Positions 1-13,205 of a stretch of 64,000 nt of DNA are shown here, in pieces. The notes below the pieces were generated by a model, which was not told the DNA's origin, did no database searches, and saw only the letters and a list, made by a program, of their open reading frames with translations. Within the stretch, counting starts at the first letter, position 1; each line of letters opens with the position of its first letter. The stretch comes from Chrysomallon squamiferum (Eukaryota > Animalia > Mollusca), in contig CM022669.1 of assembly GCA_012295275.1 (NCBI GenBank), positions 3,782,001-3,846,000 of the forward strand. Direction: 5' to 3'. Position numbers and translations under genes: made by a program.

Positions 1-428
1 AAAAATTAAAAAGAGCTAAAAAATATAATATATAATATATATATAATAATAATAAAAAAGTAATTTTTGTTTTCTAATTATCTTAGAGCAGCAGTTTTTA
101 ACCTATGATATGACATTTGTTATTTGGGTTACAAATGACAACATTTTTACACTGCACTGATGAATTACTTTAATGCTGTTACTTTTTTTCTGAAACACAG
201 GAGTAAAGAAAAGTTAGTGGTATAAGGCCTTAGAAATATTAAAGATGAATGTCTTAGAGGATAGAGATTCTCAATAGTGCTTCAAGTATTAAAAAAATAT
301 ACTAAACACTGTTTGTTTTAAATAATTTGTTTTCAAAGTGCAGTCGTTAATATTAATATATTTAGTAATTGGAACAAACAAACAAACAAACAAATCAATA
401 AATAAATCAACAGATAAATAATTACAAC

Positions 429-506
429 CTGGTGTCTCTGCATGTTGAGTATCACTTGGAAGAGAGTCAGTGGTGTCAGATGGAACCATTCTCCATTGTG
501 GTGGAC
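429..506 (-). CDS. SLC25A46: SLC25A46 coding exon 4 (78 nt); gene continues beyond the window start
   Basis: CCTTGATAG acceptor, GTTGTA donor; phase 0 reading VHHNGEWFHLTPLTLFQVILNMQRHQ resembles human [26 protein letters not shown] (from recall). The ORF track translates this segment in the wrong frame. Confidence 0.9.
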
Positions 507-1052
507 CTATCAAGGAAAAATAATTAATTCTATTGCCATTTTACTTGTTTATTTTTAAATAAATGATATTACAGGAATTTATATACTGCATAGCAATGAC
601 AGGTCTAGCTAAAACAGTTTCTATTCCATTCTATCTACAGTGTCTATTCCATTGTGTATGTATAGTTTCACAACGGTTTCTTTTTTTTTAAAGTTATATT
701 TTGGTAATTCATCATCTGTTTGGTAATTATATTTTAATTAAATAATATAATAATGAATGATGAAGTTACAACATTTTAAAGAAAGGAACAGACAGAGAAG
801 ATGAAAAAAGAAGTACAAATAAAAATAATTTTTTCTTTTGAAATTTCAATTATCAAAAAGCCCCAAAGAAAAACAAATTAAAAGACAAATAAAAATAATT
901 TACATTTAGCTGAAATGTATCATTTCATTAGGCTAGATAATCTTTTATTTATTTTACTAATAATTTAGACTATTTAATAAAACTAATAAAATAAAATTGT
1001 AATGCTGGCGTCAATTACCAATAACACAATAAATAAAGATGACTGACAGTAC

Positions 1053-1110
1053 CTGACATTGTCTTCGGAGAACAATACACGGGTGTGAAAGAACTTGTTC
1101 AGCAAATATA
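1053..1110 (-). CDS. SLC25A46: SLC25A46 coding exon 3 (58 nt)
   Basis: TTTACAG acceptor, GTACTG donor; encodes [19 protein letters not shown], the diagnostic [12 protein letters not shown] motif. Confidence 0.95.
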
Positions 1111-1436
1111 CTGTAAATTAAAATACAAGTAAAAATATCACTGAAACAATACAATCAGAAACAACACAATATATTTAACTTTTATACATTCATGAATTTA
1201 ATCTAAGAAAGCACAATCAACAATGAATAAAAAGGCTACTCCTAACAAAACAGTTATTCTTAATGTTTGTATGATTGGCCTATATATTTTTATTTGCCAT
1301 CCATATATATGAACAAAATATTACTAAACAATTCTGTAACAAAAAAAACCAAATAAACCAAATGCATCTTAACTTTATACCATTAAAATTAATTTCTGTC
1401 AGGTGTTTATCTCTGTGTATGTGTGTTTGTCTTTAC

Positions 1437-1479
1437 CTTGAAAGTCCAATGCTGAAGCCAGCAAATTTTTGAACTTGAT
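1437..1479 (-). CDS. SLC25A46: SLC25A46 coding exon 2 (43 nt)
   Basis: TTTGCAG acceptor, GTAAAG donor; encodes (D)[13 protein letters not shown](S), matching the SLC25A46 motif FAGFGIGLAS. Confidence 0.92.
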
Positions 1480-1927
1480 CTGCAAAGATATTTTTTTTTA
1501 ATTTAATAAATATGTTCAAGAATAAACTGGATTTATCACCATACTATTTAAGAATGTCATTATTATTATTATTATTTTTTAAACAGTATTTTATTTTCTT
1601 CAATTGTTTATAAATTAAACATTACAAAAAAAGAAAAGAAAAAAAAAGATGAATGTATGGATAATGTTACACATCAACTCTAGCATGGATGCAGCAATTA
1701 TTCAAATGTATATGATTTTTCTTTCTTGATCAAACTAATAACTTCCTGTTATTTCCAAAATGCAATAGTTACCACTGGAAGGGTTCCCTTAAATGATCAA
1801 TAAAAAATAAATAAATAAAAAGTCTTATGATATTTAAACTTGAATGCACTGTTTATAATGTTTACATTAAATACAAAATACAAAATACAAAACAAAACAA
1901 ATAAAATAAATAAATTTAACCGTTTAC

Positions 1928-2099
1928 CAATTTGCTTTCCTTGTTTAACTTTTGATGTATTTAACTGTTCAATGCCAATTTCATCTCTCTTTTGATTCAG
2001 ATCCACGCTGTCACTTTCAGAAACATACTGCATGTATGCAGTTTCTGAATTATAAGGGGATGAAGAAAAGGACCTGTCATTCATAATAAATGTACCCAT
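1928..2099 (-). CDS. SLC25A46: SLC25A46 (mitochondrial outer-membrane carrier-family protein, Ugo1-like) coding exon 1
   Basis: ATG at 2099; MGTFIMNDRS...KQGKQI, then donor GTAAAC at 1927. 172 nt, phase 1, joins the next exon in frame (G+AT=D). The N-terminus is poorly conserved, so the start could be the second Met at 2084. Confidence 0.75.
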
Positions 2100-3269
2100 T
2101 TGGTAATTTAACGAAATTCATTAATATTCTAGGCATTTAATGTCAGTTCGAAGTCTAGCCAAGGTCGCATGTTAGAATGGTGAAAATTAAGAGTTGTGTG
2201 CCCCTGGAATTTTGTACCCGATATCCATTGAACACAAGTTAATCTTGTACCGACTTTAATGAAGATTATTAACTGTAACTTCCATCAAATAATTATAACA
2301 AAATCACCGAATACAGAATAACGAAATAAAATAAAATGAAATAAAACGTAAATAAATAAATAAATAAATAATAATGACGATGATAATAGTAGTAGTAGTA
2401 GTAGTAGTAGTAATAATAATAATAAATAAATAAATAAATAAATAATAAAAATAATTATGTCATTTATTACGTTAGAGTTGAATATCGAAGGATTCGATGC
2501 AGTATACTCAGTCTTGTCATTATGCACATAAATTAATAATAATACTTTTATGTATTCATAAGCATCCAAAGACAGAGTAATACTTAAATTTAAAAGATAA
2601 ATATACTAGACCTACCATATATAAATTAACACATAAATGTTTTTAATAAATTGTATTTGAAAAACCATTGGTTTCCCTTTCGTTAAACTATTGGCCTTAA
2701 CTCTGAAGATTTACTGGATCGAATCGAAGAAGAAGAAGAAGAAGAAGAAAAAGAATAATAGTTTTGGAGTGGTACAGGTAATACTATAGCTGAGAGTGAT
2801 TTGTTGCTGTTGTCGTCATCATCATCATCATCATCATTATTATTATTATTGTTGTTGATGTTGTTTTAAACTAACCATCTAACACACTAACAATGACACC
2901 ATCTTGTACACAAAAACAAGTATCAGATGACACACTATATAATAAAATGGCTGGCTGATTGATACAGTGTTTATTTTATTTAACCATGTGACAGTAACAG
3001 AAAGTATTACGTATTGATTATCGTCTACCACAGACTGGCGCAGGTTTGACATAATTCAGTCTTCAGCAGAGTGTCGTATTTACACAGAGATCTTACTTCT
3101 GATAGTTTATAATATTTGCAGTAATAATAACAATAATAATAATAATAGTAATAATAACAACAACAACAACAATAATAATCATAATAAATAATCATAATGA
3201 TGATGATGATAAACACTAACACTAGTCAGTCTTGTGATGTAAATATACACTCACCATAATCAGAGAGAA

Positions 3270-3912
<643 letters not shown>

Positions 3913-4387
3913 TATTCATTTGGCTTGTTAATTAATATGGTTTCATTTTATATTTATTCTTGTTAGCAGCTAGCTTCAGAGAAAAAGGTCAATACTTCAG
4001 TGCTAAACATGACAAGCACATTTTTTTTTTTTGATTTCTCTGTCCCTCTAACATTAATATTGACTCTGTCTTGGCCAGACATTCCACAAGCTAACTTGTG
4101 TGCCCAAGACAAACTTGCCTGAGCCTTCAGCAGATGTAAGCATATTTCAGATATTTAATTTAGTTGATTGAGTTATTGATTTTGTCTACAATATTATCAT
4201 ATAAAATGTTCATTTGTTTTTTTACTGACTACTATCTGATACTATTGCTGCTACCATTACAATTACTACTGCTACTACTTTTGCTGCTGCTACTACAAAC
4301 TACTACTACTATTACTATTACTGCTGTTACTACTGCTACTACTACAGCTATTACTATTACTACTACGAATAATAATAATAATAATAA

Positions 4388-4418
<31 letters not shown>

Positions 4419-5173
4419 AAGAAACCTACTACTACAATAATCATCACTATATTTTTAAAAGTATATTTGTACAGGTGTGTGAGCACAATGAATTGTTGTT
4501 TCTTTTTTCCCTATGTTCTTTCGGTCATACAAAAAAATTAAAACGAAAAGTTAAATTTTACCAATAATACCAATTGCAGCAGAAAGACTAACGTACTGGA
4601 TTAGGCGATCAAACGAACATACGTAGGTAGGTTCACACGAAGCGTGCAGAAAACAATTCAAAAGATACAACGCTGTGAATTTAGGCCAACATTCTAAAGA
4701 GACTACGGTATATCAAAGTGCTTTCTAAAAGCAGTCGCGTTGTTTCTGTTGTCTTCAGAAGTAAATCAGTGTGTTTCGTGACCCCAGTACTGCATCATCA
4801 AAAGCTCAGTGACCCACTAACAATTTACAACTAGAAATACTTACAAGATGTCGGTTTGAAGACCTCACAGTTCTAGACTGTTCATAAATCAATAACGCTC
4901 TTGAAGCCAAGTCATTTAAACACTTACATCTATAGAAAATACTTTCTAAAGTTGTTTGTAGCATCCGAAGGATCAAGTGTAAATCTTTTTACGTAGGATA
5001 TGTGTACCCTCAGTTCTGTGTTTTCTTATGTCGGACTAATGTTACATGTTTTTTTTTTTTTGTTTTTTGGTTTGTGTTTTTGTTGCTGTTGTTTTTTTCA
5101 TTAATATTATATTTTAAACTTTTTCATTAATTATAACGTACTGAACTGTATTCGTCATAATCGTGGCAAATTC

Positions 5174-5245
<72 letters not shown>

Positions 5246-5549
5246 AATGAAAAAAAATAAAACAAAATAAAATAAAAAAAAAAAAAAAAATAATTTTAAA
5301 AAATTAGAATGTAAAACAAAAAAACAAAAAAAAAAATTAAAGAATAGAAAAGAAAGAAAAAAGAAAAAAAAAAAAAAATAAATAAAACACGATATAACAT
5401 GACTAATATTTTGAAACTGATTACATATTGAAAATATATCCATCCTAATGACAGAGTCCATGGTTTATGTGATCAGCTTCATTTTAAACCACATCAGCTA
5501 GATTCAGATTGCTGTAAGCTCTTAGACATCGTGAACATTCATTTGTACG

Positions 5550-5625
5550 TCTCTGTAGCTGGAACGGGAAATAGCTCACAGGTCATACTAAGAAGGCTTG
5601 ATGACTTGACCCGTAACTCCTATCT
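5550..5625 (-). mobile_element. Short SINE-like remnant
   Basis: GCTGGAACGGGAAATAGCTCA, shared in part with the foldback arms at 56.2 and 56.5 kb and with 38.6 kb. Confidence 0.45.
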
Positions 5626-6090
5626 GCTGATGTCTATCCGCTTTCTGGATTTTACGTATAACTGTAAAACTTGACTGATTAACTAACATACTGACAGAAT
5701 CACTCTCAGATTGACTGACTGACTGACTTTGTGACTAACTGAGTGATCGACTGACTAATTAACTAACCCAGTTAGTGACTTACTGACTGACTGGCTGACT
5801 GATTAACTAACTGTCTAACTTATTACATAATTTCCCAAATATGAACATGAACCGCTAGTTCCGTGTGTCGAGATAATGTTTTATAAAACCGTTCATTGTC
5901 GCACACAAAGAGTTATGAAATATTATACTTTTATTACACAAAATAAAATATTTTAAAGAATACATAATTAGTTGGAAAATGATATCTGAAGAACAGTTAA
6001 AGACTGAAAAGTTTATGTTTAGGATATATATGTGTGTGTGTGTGTGTATGTGTGACTGTGTGTGTGTGTGTGTATGTGTGTGTGTGTGTA

Positions 6091-6139
<49 letters not shown>

Positions 6140-6142
6140 GGG

Positions 6143-6175
<33 letters not shown>

Positions 6176-6776
6176 AACTGACTTTCCTGATTCGTTCTAA
6201 TCGAATAATGACGTGATCTACTTGTAAATGAAAACGAGTGTCCATAGTAACTGCCTCAGAAATGTGTGCTGCAAAAATTAATTGAGTGCAGACGATCGAA
6301 TCATGTTATACATCTATGCCCGGAAAAAAAAAGAAGAAGAAAAAAAAAAAAAAAAAAGAAGAAGAAGAAGAAAAAAAGAAACTGGTTGTACTGTATTTTG
6401 GATATTTTATTAACGGTGACTGTTGTCGTCTGTTACCAGTTAAAAGATCTAATAGATGCCTTTAGGTCTGATTGGATCGTATGACGTTCGATAAACTGGC
6501 CGAGATATTCTAAGTGTTTTGGGGAAAATGGAGCCCGTTTAATTATTATTATATATACTTTTTGTAGAAGAGTTTTGCCTCTGATGTACCATGAAGCGTA
6601 CACATACGTGCAAGTTAAACGGAGGTAATGTTTTTACCGTGAGCTATGACGCAGGAATCGTCTATTTCTACATACTAGTTAACCCCTCCTGAACTATATC
6701 TTAAATGGAGTAACCGGGGAAAGGAGTTGTCTACAACTACTCGGGGAAAAGCAAAAACACATTAAACATTTAAATC

Positions 6777-6822
6777 ATGGAATTCTCCTGGGTTTTACTC
6801 GCTCTGTCCCTCGTTGTCACGG
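6777..6822 (+). CDS. nAChRbeta1: Gene A alternative first exon 1a (signal peptide)
   Basis: AATCATGG start context; MEFSWVLLALSLVVT hydrophobic signal peptide; perfect G|GTAAGT donor; phase 1, compatible with the downstream exons. Confidence 0.7.
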
Positions 6823-8949
6823 GTAAGTTGTTTTCGTTACTAATGCGGTGAACTTTCATTCTTTTCTTTTTATTTTTAAACTGTTTTTTCTTCTCTTTTT
6901 TTTTCGTATGGTATACCTACCTACTTACACACACACTCACACAAACACACGCATTCAGAACACGCACACACACACACACACTCACACACACAAACACACA
7001 CATTCAGAACACACACACACACACACGTTATAAATCAGGGATCAACAAACCTGAGTACGTTTACCCTTTGAGGGTGCAGAAGAGGTGTGTAAAATCTCTG
7101 GTATCTTCAAGTAATCTTAACCGTTGAACGTTTGTGCTGACTCAACAAACAAAAGAAAAAAAAGAAAAAAAGTTTTGAAGTGATTGAAATCAATATTTCT
7201 TATAATTAATTTGTATTAAAGTGTTGATGTCATTTTAACATATCTTGATGATACTGTCTGTTCCAAGGTATCCATATATTTTGCTCTACATTCTTTATAG
7301 CTGGTACTCCACCACTGCCGAATGGAATGAAAGGGTACGCCGAAAATAAAAGTTTAAGAACACCTTTTATAAATAGTTTCAGAAAGTTCACATGAAAAGC
7401 ACATTTTTGGGAGGGGATTCAAAATTAACGTCTGTTATTAAAATAAATAATAAATGTTGTATTTTCTAAGGTTTTAAATGCCAAATTAATAATAATGTAC
7501 TAAACAGTATTTAACATAATCTTATCAATAACAAATACACACACACACATACACACAATTAAAACCCCCACAAAAAACAACAAAAACAAAAAAAACAACA
7601 CAAAAACAAACAAGAAAAGAAAAACAAACAACAACAAAGAAACAAAAAACGAAACAGAACAAAACTTAAACCAACAGAATTTTTCAACCAATAATAATTT
7701 CCCAAACTTTTATTTGTTTGTCTTACGTTTAGAAATACAATTATGAAGAATGAAAATGTCGTTCATTTACTAATCTATTGACAAACGCTCTGAATTCAAT
7801 CTTCCAACCATGCCGTCGTAATTCGTCCATTTAGAACATAAACGACATTTCGTGTTTGTCTGAAAACCAGTAAAAGATTTATCTTACAGTTCTGATATAA
7901 TCAGCCTCGAATTTCAAAGATTCAATGACACGGTTGGTTTGCTAATCGTCTAGCGAGACTCGGAGAAGTGAATGACACAAATGTCAATCTAATGAATCTA
8001 ACATATTTCTGTACCATTATAATGTATGACCTTTTCATAAGCTGACAAATTATTTCTATTCTTTGTTTAATAGTTTTGTTTTCTGATATATATTCACAAT
8101 TCCTTGAACTTTCATATAAACAACTTCTACTTTTGCTATTACAGTCACAAATAGTGTAGTTGTTTTTATGTTATTAATTAATTATTTAATGTGGCTATTT
8201 TCTAATATGCTAAATTTAAACTATAAAAACAACAACAAACAAACAAACAAATTTAATATTAATATTAATAATATTAAATAAAGAAAAAAATAAAACATAA
8301 TCAAATCAAAATCAGATCAAAACAAATCAAAATCTAATTAAAATCAAATCAATCAATAACTTAAAATTATGAAGCCACATTATAATCTTGACAACCGATA
8401 AACTAGATCATATAAGCTTCACGTTCCGCAAATTCTGCGATAATGTGAACATACAGGCCACTATCCACATTGAATTCCAAATAGAATGTGACAAAAGAGG
8501 GACTCGAGAAAGAAGCAGATAATCAGCATCTTAGTGATGGTCGAACCGTTAAGATTTCAGAATTGATTTCTTCGCCTCTGTGTGTTTACACGTGCCCCGG
8601 ACTGCAGTTAATCGATAGTACTATTGGTAATTTGGGATCTCACGAAATGACATTACTGTCATGTCGGGTTTACAGTTTTACTGTAATGACCAAATGTCGT
8701 AAGGCCTATCACAGTATTGCCTTATCTGTGTAATATGCTGAAGCAAATAAAGAATACGCACAGACAGACAGACAGACAGACAGACATACTTACGAATATA
8801 AATGTACTAATTACACACAGATAGTCATATACATAACATACAATCATACATACACACATATATTCATACATACATACATATATGCATGCACTTACAAATG
8901 AAAATTCACACATTCATACATTCATTATAACATATATCCAGAAATCATA

Positions 8950-9285
8950 ATAATAATACAAATAATAGTACAAGTAGTAGTAGTAGTAGTAATGGTTGTT
9001 GTTGTAAGAGCATTAGTAAAAGTAGTAATAATAATGCACTACACTACACTACTACTACTGTTACTGTTACTACTACTACTTCTGTTGCTATTACTGCTAC
9101 TACTTCTTCTGTTGCTACTACTGCTACTACTGCTACTAAAGCTACTTCTACTATTGCTACTACTGCTACTCCTACTATTACTACGTCTATTGCTACTACT
9201 ACTACTACTGCTACTACTGCTACTACTACTTCTACTACTACTACTTCTGTTTCTACTACTGCTACTACTACTACTGCTACTACTG

Positions 9286-9317
<32 letters not shown>

Positions 9318-10604
9318 GTTGCTACTACTACTACTGCTACTAGTTCTACTAATACTAATAACAGTTGTAGTTGTTGTAGCAGTGGTGACTGTAATAATGA
9401 TAATACTAGTGGTAGTTGCAGTAGGTCTAATAACAGAAGTAGTAACAGTCGTAGTGTTGCGAACTTGCGAGTTATTTTCCGTGCCAACATATGTCTATGA
9501 ATAACGTAATCAAAACAAACAAAAGATACTAGAAAATGCCTGCCTCTCAATAACACGGAACATTTGCATTTAGTAATGGCAATTTTGAGTGAATGATCTC
9601 GGAGATAAGACAAACTCGATTGTTTACGCATTTAGAACGACATTTATACACCAGTGAAAAGCTAGTAGCGAAATATATTTAGCTCTGCATTTCTGTCTGG
9701 AATATATATCTGTATTCCATTGGCGATCATAAATACATTTCACTATTAATTATTAATAAATGTAACAGTGGCATTATTAGTAGCATTAGTAATTGTAGTA
9801 GTGGAAGTAGTAACAATAACAACAAAAACAATAACAATAAAAATAATAATAAAAATAATAATAACAAAAAGAACAATAACAACAAAATAATAATAATAAT
9901 AATAATAATAGTCGTAGTAGTAGCAGTAGTAGCAATAGTTGTAGTAGTAATAGTAACTATAGCAACAGCAAAATAATAGCAACAACAACAACAATACTAA
10001 CAATTAAAATAATAATAACAACAACAACAGAAATAGTAGTAGTAATACTAGTAGTAGTAGTAGTAGTAATAATAATAATAATAATAGTAGTAGTAAAAGA
10101 AGAAGAAGAAGCAACAGCAAAATTGTTTTTAGTTACGGCTGTAACATTTTCCTAAAATAAAACAGAACCAATTGTTTACGTATTTAGGACATCAAAAGAA
10201 GACTGTAAAACTAATAAGACAAAATCTTTCCGCTGCATCTTAGTCTGGAATATTCATTTGTTTTCCTTACACAATGAAAAACACATTTGGTAGGAGATTT
10301 GTAATCCCTTAAACGATCTTTACATCTGGGGCTCTGGATCGTATATTATTAAATTTATTGTACTTGTTGCTGTTGTCGTTTTGTGCAAATATCGGTAGTG
10401 TTACAGTAGCTACATAAAAAAGAAGTAGTAGCTGTAGTAAAAGTAGTAATAGCAATATTAGATGGAGTAGTAATAAAGGTAGTATATCTAGTAGTAGTAG
10501 TAGTAGTAGCAGTAGTACTAGTAATACTAGTAGTAGAAGTTGTGGTAAAAGTAGTATTGCTAATACTAGTAATAACTGATGTATAGTAGTAATAACGGTA
10601 GTAA

Positions 10605-10639
<35 letters not shown>

Positions 10640-10800
10640 ATAGGAACAGTTGTAGTGACTGTGGTATTAGTAGAAGTATTAGTATTACTAGTAGTAGTAA
10701 CAGTAGTACTAGCAGCAGTGACAGAAGTGTTAGTAGTAGCAGTATAAGTATTAGTATTAGTAATAGTTATCGAAGTACTACTAGTAATTATAATAGCATT
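8950..10800. repeat. Compound trinucleotide microsatellite field (TAC/TAG/AAT/AAC)n
   Basis: Direct reading; source of the poly-L, poly-V and poly-S pseudo-ORFs. Confidence 0.9.
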
Positions 10801-10999
10801 ATTAGTCTATCTACCTCTCTATCCATATATCAGTCTTTCTGTTTACATTTCTGTCTGTCTGTCTTTTGTCTTTCTGTTTATCCATTCATCGATTCATACT
10901 GGTACTGATACTAAAATACTTTAAAATGATTAAGGGTCTTCACTTCACTCCAAAAAATGACACATAAGAAAAGATTTAAAGGCGCAACTGAATACTAAA

Positions 11000-11235
11000 C
11001 TGGTTTGGAGCCTCGTAGGATCAATTCTCATCGACAAACACTTTGAAATATTTCCTAATCCAACCAGTGCTCCGACAGTTACTAAATGCCATGACATGGC
11101 TTCCTTTCTAAATCTGTTACATGTAAGAGATCCCTTTGAGATAATAGATAAATGGGAGAAAAGGTGAAATGGCAGGTATTAAATCTTTTCTTTTAAATTA
11201 TCATTACACGTGAAATAAAGGCCCGTAACTGTTAA
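11000..11235 (+). mobile_element. Degraded SINE-like dispersed repeat copy
   Basis: Contains GGATCAATTCTCATCG...CCAACCAGTGCTCC...TAAGAGATCCCTT, the reverse-orientation counterpart of the 38545-38650 motif set. Confidence 0.5.
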
Positions 11236-11694
11236 TATTATTACGGTTAGAAATATCTTAATTCATTCATTCATATATTTATGTAGATGTTTTTAAGAAA
11301 TATATGAGTAGAAATGATAGAATCAACAGTTCATTCATTGATTCATTGTTTACAAATGTTTCAAAAACAATATGAAAAGAAATAATTTAACAAACAAAAG
11401 CATAAATTCGCCTATTCATTTAATTGTCCTTTCTCTCATTTATTTTTTTCAATCATTCATTCATTTATGTATTCATTCTTTCAAATATGTTTCAAATGCT
11501 ATGAAAAGAAGTGATGTCACAGACGTCAGTGGTAACGACTACAACATCACTCATTCAGTTCTAAACTTGTTAGTCCCAGCACACTGCACTCGGCACAACA
11601 CTTAGTCAACTCGCGCAGAAAATTAACCAACAATAAAAGTGATGCAATAAACAGTGTGGTCAATAATGTGCTATGTTATTCTCTTCATCACTTA

Positions 11695-11738
<44 letters not shown>

Positions 11739-11852
11739 TATAGAGACATGCACAAGCTCACACACACACACGCACGCACGCACACATACATAAGAAAAAA
11801 AGGTTGAATAAATAAGTTTCTGAACATTGTTTTGTTTTTCTAATTTGTTTGA

Positions 11853-11949
<97 letters not shown>

Positions 11950-12907
11950 TTACCTTTCTGTTGAGTGTATGTAGCATGTGTCCGTACGTGCATGCCTTTG
12001 TGTATGTATGTGTGTGCGTTTTGTGTATGAACGTATTTATTTATTTAATTATTTATTTACTAATTTATTACTTTTCTTTTTTGTTCTGCAAAGTACACGA
12101 CTGTATAATTATAAATTAAGTTTAAGAGATTATTTGCAGACATCAGGCGCAACTTAATCAATATGGATTTATTTCCCTTGAATCGCAAGAAAATGTGATT
12201 CGATTCTGTCTGAAATTTCAAATCTCGGTTGTTCTACAAATAGAGTTATGGTGATGTATGTCATTTTTAAACATGTTTTAGCTTAGTGCAGTCACTAATA
12301 TGAAATATGTTTCTTTAATAAGGAAACGAAATCGATAATTTAAATTACATGCACAAAACAAACTTTCACAAAAATGCAAAGGTCAGGAAGCAAAGGATTT
12401 ATTTTTGTAATTACCAGTTTTGTTTAAATGGTTTTAACTAAAAGAAATGAAAATAAAACTGATATTAATAATAAATAAAAAATAAATAGTTAAAAAATAA
12501 TTTAATATTAATAATATTCTTATGACCGGTAATAATAATTATTTTGTTTTGGATTATCATCTCTTAAATTTTGCACCTGGCCTGACAATTCTATAGCGTG
12601 CTCTACAACAGAATCAGGTACATTTTGATAAAGAAACAGTAGTATTTGTAGTAGTTTCAGTTTTCTTTCTCTTTGGATGTCATGACTGTAAATAAATATA
12701 TAAAGCATAGTGCTTAAAATATTCATTCATTCATTCATTCATTTATCCATTCAGTTCTTAATTCTTTAATTCTTTCCTTTATTTACACACTGTGAATAGA
12801 AATCTATTAAGAAAATAAACACAAATAGATAAATAAATAATAATAACAATAATAACAACAACAACAACAATAATAATAATAATAATAATAACAATAACAA
12901 CAACAAC

Positions 12908-12964
<57 letters not shown>

Positions 12965-13160
12965 CAACAATATGTTCTCAAAGTGAAACCATCGTCTACT
13001 TTCTATAACTGCTACTGTAAATATTCTAACGTTTTCCACGTACGGTTTGTTTTATACGAAATCGCTTTCTTGAAGTCGATTTCATTCTGTCTAATTCGAT
13101 ATACGACTGTCAGTTTTATTTCTTGCAAAAGACTGTAAATATTTATTTTTTATTTTGCAG

Positions 13161-13205
13161 CTTCTTCGGATGATAAGACTGAACTACGTCAGAATTCCGG
13201 GGCAC
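13161..13205 (+). CDS. nAChRbeta1: Gene A 45-nt microexon following exon 1a
   Basis: TTTATTTTGCAG acceptor and GTAAGT donor; phase 1-1 open reading (A)SSDDKTELRQNSGA(R), leading into ENEVRL. Confidence 0.65.

Noticed and set aside
289-513. 74-aa ORF MIGPPQWRMV...
   Set aside because: Wrong-frame reading of SLC25A46 exon 4; the homologous frame is VHHNGEWFHLTP.
8992-9631. 170-aa and 195-aa poly-Leu/poly-Val ORFs, and all poly-ER/SL/CV/I/N/Y ORFs in the track
   Set aside because: Translations of di- and trinucleotide microsatellites.
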